Positions 26,581 to 38,015 of a stretch of 42,136 nucleotides of DNA are shown one piece after another. The stretch comes from Catajapyx aquilonaris (Eukaryota). Every line of letters starts with the position of its first letter. The first letter of the stretch is position 1. The notes below the pieces were generated by a model. That model was not told where the DNA came from. It saw only the letters and a program-made list of their open reading frames with translations, and did no database searches. The translations under genes were made by a program, and so were the position numbers. The stretch spans positions 62,001-104,136 of the forward strand of contig JYFJ02000861.1 of assembly GCA_000934665.2 (NCBI GenBank), given 5' to 3'.

Positions 26581-27228
26581 TTAAAATCGGTGAAGTAGCA
26601 CAAAAAAGCGTCACAAAATGACCACCCTTTTGCCTTGAGTAAGATTTGCTCCATCAGCTACCTCCCTCCCTCAGCAATGGTTGAATGAGAAGCTGGTAAA
26701 ATAACAGGATTTTACCAGATTTTACTAACTAATGTCCCACTTTTTAAAGATGCACTAGTAGGACCTACTTGAATTTTGACCAATTAAGGCACACAGTTTC
26801 TATAGATCAGATTCCAAACAGTAGTGGGAACAATTCGTTCATTTTGGTTTGTGTGAGTAGGCTTCAAAGGCAGTGAAAATGTCACGGCGCAAGATCAGGC
26901 TAAAAAGGCAAGCAAGAGATAGGCAGTGGAATCAATACAACAGTGGTTGTTCAACTTGTGGTTAAAAAGCAAATTCCTTCTTTGCCAAGGTCAACAATGT
27001 GCTGTTTTTAAAAATTGGACGTTGTGCACACTTGATATCTTTAACGTGTATTACACCTCTTATATTAGATGGCAACTTGGAATAGTCATGCTCGTAGATC
27101 ACAGGCACTCAATCTGGACCCAATTCGTGTGGTCTCCTTACTGACGGGGGAGAATAGCATGAATCTCTCTCAGATGCTAATGGGGTATATCCTGACTATG
27201 TGTTGTCCATCTAATGCAAGAGGTGTAA

Positions 27229-27592
27229 AGGTGCGTTTACATGTGGGAGATTTGATCGGAGATTGTCATTGCCCGCGAATTGTAGCGGTTCTGACGTCAT
27301 GACGCAAGCGATAGCGCTTATGCATGCCCGTGTGTTTACATGCCGGCGACGTGCATCGCCACGGCATGCCAACAGTACAGTAACCTGTACCTGTAACCAG
27401 TAACTGTACTGGTGGCATGCCGTGGCGATATCATCGCCATCTCCTATTTCAAACAGACCTGAGCAATGTCATTGCCGATGCCCTCCCTTCTTAAACGCGA
27501 TTGCTACTTTCGACCCAAATCACTGCTTTCGTTAGGATTTCATCTCCTGAGATGCAATTTTCCGATCAAATCTCCCACATGTAAACGCACCT
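27229..27592. mobile_element. PIF/Harbinger-like MITE with an internal hairpin
   Basis: Perfect TIR AGGTGCGTTTACATGTGGGAGATTTGATCGGA / TCCGATCAAATCTCCCACATGTAAACGCACCT with TAA-type flanks. Central palindrome at 27355-27429. Confidence 0.8.
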
Positions 27593-28317
27593 AAACACTT
27601 GCTTTACGACAGGCTTGAAAGGCTTAAGGTGAGGTTAGTCACTTTTCCTCATGTTCGGGATAGCACATTTCCCAATTCACGGATACCAAACCTTCCCCCA
27701 ATTTTCATTATTCATTTTTGGTTCATCCTGTCTCATGTGAACATTTCGGGGGTGGGGGTGGAAGAACCATGTATAGACACCACTAATTCCGCGTGCACTT
27801 GATTTCTGCCCACTAATTCATGAAAGGATATGAGTATCGGACATAAGGCTCAAAATGGATTTTCTTTTCTTTTCGATTCATTGTTCTAGTTGTGAGGCAA
27901 AGGTATTGCTTATTGTGGTCAATACATCAGCTAAATGCACAGTTCACTGCTCATTTGCAATTATTATTATTTTATGTTTACTGGGATAATTTACCAGCTT
28001 TTGACAATATCCTTGCAGGGCTTTCATCCCTGTTTATTGGGATTATGTCAATAGTTTACTGGAATTAATAGATTTTCCCACAACAATGGCGCCCTTCACA
28101 AGGCACACAACCTCAGCTATCTTTTTCACCTAACAGATGCCACGCACTGTACGTATTCAGAAAAGCATTACATTCTGAATGTAACAATTAACAAGACATA
28201 TTGCCTAAACACAAATCGGAACAACAAGAGAGACAACGACATCTGTCAAAGAGTCAAGACTGAAAAGGAGCTATTTTTTCTCCACATGTGTGTAATGTTG
28301 GTTGTTAGCGAGAATCA

Positions 28318-30701
28318 CTAATCCAGCATTTCTAGGAAAGAGACTGGAACTTTTCCCTTCTCACTCCCTTTCTCTGCAACCACAAAATAATCTGTTGTTC
28401 CTGGTGGTGAGTACTGCACATACACAACCTATAAAGGAAGAGATATTTTTCAGCCCTCATCAATAATGGTATAATCGCATTAGCAACACCAACATAAACA
28501 ACGAGGTGAATGTCATGCAATCTTACAATGCCGAGCTACAATGATCATTTACACACACCCTACCACTGTTGGAATTTTTCATAAGAAACATTTACTAACC
28601 TCATCTGCTTTGAGCGTGAGTTCCGAGGTATTTTTCGCTTCATAGTCGTACATGACTCTTGCGCGTCTGGGGGGATGAACTTCCTTGGCTACATCTGTAC
28701 TGTCGGGTGACTCCAAGCTGAATGTTGGATATGTTGTCCCACTTGCAGCAGATGTTGAGTTCAGTGACGTACTAAATTTATTTTTTTAAAGAAATTATGT
28801 TCAGTCCAATTGCAAGAAACCTGTGCAGGTTACTATTCCAAGTTGTGTAAAATAATATTCATGGGAACTGACACATCTGACAATTAATTACCTTGCAAGT
28901 TCCCTCTGTAGTTCCTCCATGAAATGGTGGCAATGAGCAAAATATCTTAACTGAGCCTCCACAAACTCATGCAGGCAACGTAAGTGGGCTGCATGGGTGC
29001 TGCCAATTCCCTCCAACAGCAGTTTTGTGATCTCCGCTTGTTGGTCAAACTCAGCCTGCGCTGTCCGCAAGTCACGCTCAGCCTAAGAAAAAAATCCTAG
29101 AATTAGCACATTCCCATGGAAAAGGACGTGATTACCAATAAAATACCTGCTCCAGGAGAACTTTGGGATCCACGCCCTCCTTCTTTTTGTTTATTATAAT
29201 GCAGCATTTGGATAACAATTTAATATTTCAGTGGGGAAAAGCGATATTTTCAAAGTGCTTGATTAATTTTTACCGTTTGCTGTCCCTGCATGCTGCGAGC
29301 TTTCCGTAGCCTATTCTTGCATGCGTCAAGATCCAAGCGCTTGTTCTCCAGGAGCTTCCTCTCCCTGGTGATGGTCTTCATCTCACCCTCGAGGAACTTT
29401 TGCATGGGGCCAGTGAAGCACTGGGCTGCATTGGCAATCAGCTCACGCTCTGTCTGACCCAACTTCTGCTCCGTCTGGCCAACCTTGATCAGAGCACTCC
29501 CTGCAAAGGTGACACTCTGTCAGTTCACCCATGTAGCCTAGGCAATTCTGCTATATGCTATCACTAGTCTGCAGCTGTGATAGGAAATGAAGGGCATCTT
29601 CCACCCCAACGGTATTATTACTCGCACTCCAAGTGGTGTTTGTGTGAGGTCATCATGGAGTAAATCGCATCATTCAAATGCCACTTACAACAAGGACAAT
29701 AACATTGTTCCAGCCATAAACATCTCATTACTGCCCCACTTTGCATCGAGCTTCACTCTGAGGTTGGAGGATTCCTAATGTGGGGGTCAATTCATCAAAT
29801 GTCATAAGTCAAATTTTCCTCGCAACAGGTCGTAACCATAGATAGTTGATTATTATTAGTAACTATGGTTACTACCAGTTATGACGAAAATTTGACTTAC
29901 GACATTTGATTAATCCACCTCATGTATTGCAAGTCTTGCAATATTTAATTTTGAAAATCTTAAATTTATCCCATAATCTGCAATCAAGCAAGTAATACCC
30001 CTTCAAGAAAGGTGCACCAATTTAGGGGGGGAAAAGATGGCAAAAGCATTCTCCAGAGGAAGCATTCTCACTTCACCTACGAAATAATGTAACTATGACA
30101 TTCGTCCAATAATATTAGACCCTCCTTCTATTTTACCATATGCTGTTCCAGGGCCAAAGTCATTTCCAGCCTCAATCATGTCTATTCCGAGGTATTCGAT
30201 GTTGCTGAGCCTGTTTGGTCTCTTCTTCTCTATCTTCTCAAAGAGGTAATCCTCCATTCTCTTCCCGGGGTTTGGGGTGAGAACAGCCTCCGTGTTGCGA
30301 ACTATCTTCTCCGTCCAGTGTTTCGTCTGGTCAGACCGTTGAGCTAGGTTCTCAAAGTGAGCGTCAAGCTCCGTCTTTTCAGACGTTCCCAACTTTTCCT
30401 CTGTGAACTAGAAACAACAACCTGATGCTTACTGCTTCAATTTTATCAATTATTACCAGGTGACGCTATGCTCTTAGAACTGATGGTGTGTTTCAATGGT
30501 TCTTATTGGTGTGCATTGGCATTTAATACTGGACACTATCTAGATGTGATGTGGTCCATTGATCATTTGTGATGGTTGAGTGAGCATGGCCACCACCAGT
30601 GCATATTATTATTATGAAGAGGTGTGCATGGACTGTACCTGCACTGCCCTGCTGAAGAAGGTGCCAGCGTCCCCCACAAGCTTCTTGACGTTGAAGTCCA
30701 T
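28318..30701 (-). CDS. EndoB: Endophilin B (N-BAR + SH3; SH3GLB1/2 orthologue), 344 aa without or 356 aa with the cassette exon
   Basis: Exons 30701-30639 (MDFNVKKLVGDAGTFFSRAVQ), 30407-30137 (FTEEKLGTSEKTELDAHF), 29500-29274 (ENKRLDLDACK), optional 29182-29147, 29082-28892, 28771-28600 (RRARVMYDY) and 28428-28318 (KGKVPVSFLEMLD*). Phases are consistent. Confidence 0.95.
29147..29182 (-). CDS. EndoB: 36-nt frame-preserving cassette exon of EndoB (KEGVDPKVLLEQ)
   Basis: AG|AAGGAGGGC...GAGCAG|GTATTT, phase 0/0, lying between the ...MQGQQT and AERDLR... exons. The acceptor is A-rich and preceded by TGCTGC. Confidence 0.75.
29782..29921. mobile_element. Small hairpin MITE in EndoB intron 2
   Basis: Imperfect inverted arms of about 60 bp (ATCAAATGTCATAAGTCAAATTTTC / GAAAATTTGACTTACGACATTTGAT), flanked by the direct repeat ATGT. 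Confidence 0.7.
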
Positions 30702-31477
30702 GCTGCTGGCCCCCGCAATGGCTGCTTCTGTGTTGAGTGCTGTGTCCGGGGTTGACTGGTGACGAGACGAGGCTCGGCTCGGACGTTATTGTTTCCTCCC
30801 TGGGATCGCGTGTGCCCTTCAGCCCTTGCCTGCCTGTCCGATGAGGGGCAAAAGGGAGTCCGTGTGGCCAGCAGCAGAATGATGGGGCACGTGCGGTGTC
30901 CCAGGTGGTGGTGGTCGGAAGGAGGGAGACACAAGAAGACGCGGAGAAGGGGGGCAAAGACGAAGAGAACCGAGAGGACACTCTCTTCTTCTCCTTCCAG
31001 CGACGATCGCTACCCCTGGATGGATGGCTGGATGGCTGGTCTTCTCAAGGCGCCATGTTTGATCCAGTCACACACTTAATCAATTATTCTGCCTCCCGCG
31101 ATTAATTATTGCGTCGAAACTATCGTTTGGGGCGGATCCTTTCAGAACACAATTGGAGGCACAAGTAACCCCGGTTGCTGTCGGTGTAAAGTGGATGTGG
31201 AGGGGGCCACTCACGCGCCGGGCATGTCAGGCAAAATATAATGTCAGGTGCGGGTGACGGTACCGTATGAGGTGGACGACTCTTGTGCTGCCACCTGTCG
31301 AACGGATTGCGGGACCGTCTTTCCCACACCAGCAGCAGCCGGAAAACACGGATTTATAGTCATGTACAGATTACTTATCAATCGTAATTATGTAGATGAG
31401 TTTCATTGTGCAATGAGGAGGGGGAGCATCGTATACCTATTAATATAAAGCTGAATATTTGTTCATATATTTATATA

Positions 31478-31506
31478 CTAGCAGAGGAGCCCGTTCTTCG
31501 CACGGC
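31478..31506 (-). mobile_element. Helitron-like 3' terminus
   Basis: The minus strand reads CCGTGC-GAA-GAACGG (hairpin), a short spacer, then CTAG|T, which is the Helitron 3'-end architecture. The 5' end was not located. Confidence 0.4.
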
Positions 31507-31725
31507 CTGTTTCCATGGTAATCACCAACAAATGCTGTTGCCATGGGCAAACAAAAAATCAAAGAAACTTTGCCTTACATACGTAGATTATCAAAACATG
31601 CTATTTATTAATTAATTTATAGCAGCAAACGCGTGTGTATAGTATCTGGTATACACATAATTACGTTGAACGTGGTGTCAGTCAATGTACACAGAAGTGA
31701 TCGAAAGCTGAGAGATAATTTGACA

Positions 31726-32134
31726 GCGTTATGAAATAATGGGTCAACCTACAAAAACGTCAGAATTGAGTTATGCCCAAAGGGTAGTACTGGTACTTCA
31801 TTCAGTTAAAATCAAGGTGCCGAAATCTGAATACTTCAGCCACAAATGACCGAACAGTTAACTCATCACGAATGGTGTGCATGGACGGTGTTATGCAATA
31901 CCGGTACTAGTTTGTCAACCCACAAAAATGTCAAAATTGAGCCAAGCCCAGGAACCTAAATAAGCAGAGGTTCTTAATTCAGTTAAAATCATGCTGGTGA
32001 AAAATCTTCATCGTACTTCTGCCACAAATGACCGAAAAGAACACTGTGAGTTAATATCACTGGCATGACCTTCAAAGCCCCTTTTCTCAAAACTACTCTC
32101 ATGTGGGTTGACGCATTATTGCATAACACCGTCC
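31726..32134. repeat. Degenerate ~160-180-bp direct duplication plus a partial inverted copy
   Basis: Blocks GTCAACC.ACAAAAA.GTCA.AATTGAG, ATTCAGTTAAAATCA and GCCACAAATGACCGAA each occur twice. An inverted GTGGGTTGAC...TTGCATAACACCGTCC lies at 32103-32134. Confidence 0.6.
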
Positions 32135-32146
32135 AATTATCAAATA

Positions 32147-32714
32147 CCGTAGGTACCCGTTTTACGCCGCTCCATTTTACGCCGTTTTACGTTAACGCCG
32201 GTTTGAAAATGACATTATACAACTTTTAAATTGAAAAATTGTGAAAAATATGACAACAACACAATCTGAACATAAGCACAACACGACTTCAACCCTTTTG
32301 AGTCCAAACACACGACCACAAAATAATGCTATTTTTTGTCTTTCGTGGTGCCTTGTGGCGGGGTCTATTGATAAATACAGTATACCGTATTGTTGGTCTC
32401 ATCGGAACCCTCCGAAGTCAGTTAAATACCCTACGACTACTGCAGTTCTTGCCAAACGAAGGGAAAAGAGGCCTTAGAAGTTAGAACCAGATGACCCTTA
32501 ACCTGTAACCTTAAGCATGAAACGTACATTATAAAATAATGTTTGAAATAGTCGGCATTAAAAACTGCAATTTAAGCACTGTATGTGGGAAATTTTTAGA
32601 AATCTTGGAACCTATCCCATTTACTTCCATTATAACTTTGTCTCGTTTTACGCCTTTTCATTTTATGCCGCGCTTTGCGGGAACCAATTACCGGCGTAAA
32701 ACGGGTACTACCTC
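32147..32714. mobile_element. pogo/Tigger-like MITE
   Basis: TA-flanked TIRs with core GTACCCGTTTTACGCCG / CGGCGTAAAACGGGTAC and subterminal TTTTACGCC repeats. Confidence 0.7.
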
Positions 32715-33001
32715 TATACTTATGGGGAGCCTTGGGAGCCCGTTCGTAAGTACAGGTCGCAGTAAATCATATGGCAATAAGTCAGTAAACCATTATCAAA
32801 ACCAGGCTACCTATTTCAGAACACCAGGAAACGCGAATGTCTGAATTTGCGCTTTTTATTTACGACCCAGAGAGAAATTATTACCATGTTGATTGTATGC
32901 TTTGCCATGTCTCCTATCACATATCCAGAGCACGGAAATCATGATCCATAAACAAAATCACACTGATCAATTGAAAATTATGCTGGTTGTGAAACGGCCT
33001 A

Positions 33002-33260
33002 CACGGGAAGTACCCGTTCTACGCCGCTCCATTTTACGCCGTTTCACATTAACCCCGGTTTTAAAATTACATTTGAAAATGTTGTATCGGAATTTTTTGA
33101 AATATTAATTTGATGACAACACAATCTAAACATGAAGGCATCACTTCAACACTTCTGATGAGACCAAAAACACGAACGTATACCTGCTCTCCTTTCGTTT
33201 TTCCTGGTGCAAGTGTGGCAGGTTCTATCGATATGTACTGTGCAGTACTGTATTGTTCGC
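33002..33260. mobile_element. Truncated second copy of the same pogo-like MITE family
   Basis: GTACCCGTTCTACGCCGCTCCATTTTACGCCG and ATGACAACACAATCT...AAACACGA align with 32147-32400. The right TIR is missing. Confidence 0.65.
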
Positions 33261-33431
33261 TATTGTTGATCTCAGCACTCCCGGAAATACTCCAACCGTT
33301 GTTGCAATACCCGACTTGTGTACTGATATATATTATTATTATTCTTGCACTCCACTCACTGCACTCAGACAGAGCAGACCTATTGAAGCGAGCTCCTGAG
33401 CTAGGCCGAACTGTTTGACCACCAGCGGCGT

Positions 33432-34600
33432 TTGACTACCATCATGGTCACTATGGAGGCGATCCAAAAGATGCTGAACAACATGGAGACCAGTCTTGAA
33501 AACAAGATTGCTACCAAACTGGATGCGGTCCTAACCATCCTGGAACAGAGATGTACTGAGAAGACAGAAGCCCTCCAGCTAAAAATCGAAGCCGTGGTGC
33601 AGCAGTCCAATGCGACGGAGCTCCGTCAACCAGTACAGCGAGAGTGTTCACCATCAAAGATGACGTGAGCCCAAGTGAATCAACCTACCATAGTGCAAAT
33701 AACTCTGGAAAAATAAGGTCTGTTGGTGATATCGAGTCGCACCAAATTCAGGTAAATTTTGCAGACCGCTCAGATGACATAAGGACAGAAAATGTATCTT
33801 TGGGGTCCAAATTAGATGTCACATTGAAAAAGGGGAACAATACTCCCAGCACTTGGCTGAAGAGTGAAATTAAATTGTCTGCCTGGAATATATCAGGGTT
33901 AAGTATCCCCACAGCTTGGCATACACTTAAAGGCACATGTAATAGTGGGTTTAGTGGAAACATGGTCCGAAAAAGAGATCCACCCCCATTATTGTTCCCC
34001 CAACTACACCTTGTTCCAAAGCCCAGCACGCGGAGTCTTTAAATACGGGAGGGCCCCAGGCGGCCTTCTCCTGATAGTCCGAGATGAACTTAACTGCCTG
34101 TTCCTGGTCTGTTAGTCAAAAACGACCAGTTCATTGCTGTCAAAATTTTTGACAAACAGGGAGCTAAAATTCAAATTATTTTGACCTACTGTCCACTGTC
34201 CACCTATGGAGCCCATATGTAACCTGATTGAGGAGGCACTATCCATTAATACAAACACAATTATGATGGGCTACCTTAATGCCCGTATCGGAAGTTTTAG
34301 TAGTAGTGCAAACGAGTCAGATTTAATCAATTGTTGGAATACGAAGAGAATAGTAAAAGATGCTGGGCGAAACCCCAACGGCAATAGGCTGATTGAGATG
34401 GTCGAAAACCTATCACTATTCATCTTAAACGGCGCCTTGCCGTCCGATCGACCTGGCAAATTCACGTTTACTATAGTACACGAGGTCAAAGTACTATTGA
34501 TTACATCATATAATCACAGCTGATCTGGCGGCCGCGGCCTGGGTCGTGGATTTCGAAGTGGTCTTAGTAACTGATTCCGATCACTTTCCAATACTGGGCA
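33432..34600 (+). mobile_element. Decayed non-LTR retrotransposon 5' region: coiled-coil leader plus APE endonuclease, no RT
   Basis: Ordered APE motifs across frameshifts: LSAWNISGL, IVGLVETW, GRAPGGLLLIVR, ILTYCP, MGYLNARIG, NPNGNRLIE..LFILNG, KFTF, STIDYII, DSDHFPI. Confidence 0.85.
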
Positions 34601-34832
34601 AATTCAAATTCCCCCATCTGTTCGCACGAAGAAGGATCGGGCGATAAAGAGGCTAATTGCCCCTTCAGATCATCAACCATCAACAATAGAATCCAATTAC
34701 ACTGTACTCCTGATTATCCGCGGGTGCGGATTATCCGTTCATCGCCATAATCTAAACATTTCAGTCCGAAAAAAATGTGTCGAATTTTTGTCCCATTGCT
34801 AGATAGTGTATATTGCTAACTTAGCAGTAGGC

Positions 34833-35339
34833 CTACCAGTGCCAACACTGGTACTGCAAAGTTAGCAGTGGTATGAAAATTCCACCCGATATCAATATCA
34901 ATATCTCGCCAACGAAAAAATATACCATACATTCTCTAGAAGGCAAGGTAAAAAATCTATGGTAAGTTTTATTTTTGGAATTAAACCGAGCAGCATGTTC
35001 TTCGTACAGTAGTACATCAACAACCTGTGAATAGCTCCCTTTCCAGGACCATTTTCCGATTGTCCGTGTTTCCCAATTATCTGGCGACACCCATGCAGTC
35101 ATTAGCATCGGATAATAATCGGGAGTACAGTGTATACCTAGACTGTAGGGTTGCCCTGTATTGTTGTACAAAAATTGGGTAGGCTCTGTTCGCCACCTTG
35201 AATCACAGCCATCATTGGAACCACAGATGGGAACTGTATTTTCAAATTGCCTTTGACAGGTTTTTGGGCCTTTTCTTTCCTTCTTTTTGTTCAAAATTCG
35301 ATGTAGGAGTGGTATTAATGAAAAACAACTTCGCGCCAA
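34833..35339 (-). mobile_element. Possible post-RT C-terminal fragment of a LINE ORF2, inverted relative to the APE fragment
   Basis: 168-codon open frame without an ATG start. The pattern RIL...PKTC...SRW...FLYN.TG.PY...NSKNKTYHRF resembles, from memory, the region after the RT in L2/CR1-group LINEs. Weak similarity judged by eye. Confidence 0.35.
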
Positions 35340-36140
35340 AATTAATCATTTAAATTCGTGGTGGTCCTTTTGATTGTAAAATGCCGGGGAAGAATTCATC
35401 TACAGGGTGTGTCGGAAATAAACTTTTTAGAATAGTCCGGCCGGCTCTCAGACAGTCGATAGGCCTAACAAAAGTTTACTCAGTCACTATACATTGTTCA
35501 TATGGTTACATAATATATTACCACAACAGTGTACTATGATAAACTCCCAAGGGTCCAGACTTTACGTGCACCCTGTAGTACTGAGGGAACATGTTTACAT
35601 AAACGATCACGTGGGAGCAACGTGATCTTGGCATATACGACTCAACTTGGCGGGAACAGGGGGGGATCTGGAGTTGCTATGGTAGTTGAATCACCAGCCA
35701 AGAGATGGCAGGAGCATATTGAACCGCGTTTGGCACCGCAAAGTTCGCCTTCTCTATGCACATCCTCGCGCGCCAAATCGGAACATTTTTGAAACCCTCA
35801 AGACATCATAATAATTATGCTGTACTTAGCCGTCAAAGAGCTAATATAAAGAGGGAGGAGAGGGAGGTCGGGGAAGGGGAGTGTATTCCGGATAATTGTT
35901 GGATGAGCATCATTAAGAACATGGCCTACACCGCAGGTCGCAGGGCTAGAAAAGAGCGAGCGAAGCCAAGGGGATACTTACGACTTCTGTACTCCGATGT
36001 ACACCTGCAGTGGTACTCTTTGGTACTCTTCGGTACTCCTTAGGTACTCCCTGGCGCTCCCAGACAATAAACAAATAGGCTCGTAACTTCAGGAGCTTTT
36101 CCCTCTCGTGTCGTGCTTCCAATCCCTAGGGGCTAAAAAA

Positions 36141-36209
36141 TGGTGCCGGGGATAGAACCCGGGACCTTTCACATGCAAAGCGAACGCTCTACCACTGAGA
36201 TACATCCCC
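36141..36209 (-). pseudogene. tRNA-Ala(TGC)-derived pseudogene or SINE head
   Basis: GGGGATGTATCTCAGTGGTAGAGCGTTCGCTT-TGC-ATGTGAAAGGTCCCGGGTTCTATCCCCGGCACCA followed by T6. It has a D-stem mismatch at position 10, GTTCTA in the T loop, and the 3' acceptor strand is 3 nt short. Confidence 0.85.
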
Positions 36210-38015
36210 ACTTCGTAGGAGTTATTGCTTCATTACGAGGAGACCTATGAACATGTTCATAACACATAATATTGAACATAATTTCATGTAGCGTGACAGT
36301 GACACCATGTCCAAATCTCCATAAAGAAGGGCATGGATGCTCATAGGCTGTGTACAATGCACAATACTATACTAATAAATACGCCTTTTTTTACTTCATC
36401 ATAATCGATCGAATCTACGATTTCAAACGTCCTATTTAATGTCTCTGTCTCTATAAAGTGAGTGATGGCCAATAGTTTCACAACTATCTGTTCTCTTCTT
36501 CAGATGCAGGACAGAGCTCCTGTTCACATAAACCGCCTGGAGGAGGAGCAAGAAACGCATAGAGGAACGCTCGAAGGAATATTGAAGCACCATCATCACC
36601 GTCATCACCGTCATACGCGTACCTAGCAGAATCTACATCTACGTACGTGCTATTATGCAGTTTAACTTTTTTCATATAATGCGTGTTGTGCCTGTATCTG
36701 TGGATCAGAAAAAACAAAAACAAGCTTCATAATAAAGAAACCTTAATTTATTATCCCTCAATAAATTCTTCCTTGTTGAGATTCCAGGTCAATTACAAGT
36801 AATTAACGTGTGCAGAGGGAGGTTGGCCAGGTCTTCAGGGAGGCAAGTACAGTACATGATTAAGGAAATTTATGAGAAAAAAGGCTTCAATTTTATAGCA
36901 TGTGATTGCCTCTAAACATTAAAAGCCGTTACACAAGTATTCCTTCGAGTTAAACATTACCCTGCATTACAGCACTAGCTAATTACCCGCAAATGCAGTA
37001 GATATTTGTCATGTGTTGCATTTGTCTAGTGGCAAATATGGAGCTAATAATGACAAAAAAAAAAGAATCTGGAAAATGTGCGTCATACCTGATTTTCAGA
37101 CAACCCAGTTCACAACTGCATCAGATACTATCAATCTCGTTGAACCATTCGCAATGCTTAATTGTAACCAGGAACCTCCCATTAAATGTGCATAATAAAT
37201 GTTTCAAACAGTCGGCATTATTAAGTTATGTTTTCTTTTAACTGATCCACGTTCATATTTTTAGATAATTTTTTTTGACAATTTTTAATCCTTCATTTTG
37301 TACTCGTCAACACTACAGGATTGTAGGTGAGCGCTTCCTGCACATATACTCGAGCAGAGTTAGTTATCTTTTTCTTCATATTTCTTCATATCAATTTATT
37401 ATTGGCTCTCGCAGAGATCCACAAGTATTTTTTCAGTAGAGCAGGATTTTATCTATGACAAGTTTTAATCGCTCTAAAAACAATGTGTATGCATGGTATA
37501 CACAGCAAATTGTGTACTGCATTATACTAACTAATGTACATAATGCAGTACACAATGTGCATTTTGTTAAAAATCGTAACGCTGCGTATCATGGATACCG
37601 TTGCTTTTGAGAGAGTGCCCCTTGAAGTATCAGTTCGAGAGTAACATCCTGTGATGATGGGGGTGGCGTACTGCAGACGGAATAATTTGGGAACATACGC
37701 CGTTTCTTATCCTTTTTTGTTTTTGACGTGTGTGAGAGTCGATGCTCTTCATGTGTGGGAATCTATTCTTTTCTTTTAGTGGACATTTCCCTTTTTTATT
37801 ATTATTACACGCTTTATTACACGCTTTATATTAGCTTCACTGTGAGTGCTGTCTGTGACCGGATGGATGTCTGTCTGCACCTGTAGCGCGTTCGCTTTAG
37901 TTGTCACATCGCTTCTTCCATCATATCTTTAGGGGGCGGTTCGCCTTCCCACACCATCTAACGGTTGGTGTTCACATTAGGGGTGACTATGCAACATCAA
38001 CGCCAGATGGCGGCA

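Noticed and set aside
35403..35575. TA|CAGGGTG ... CACCCTG|TA as a Tc1-type MITE
   Set aside because: Only 7 bp of the termini match, too little to call one element.
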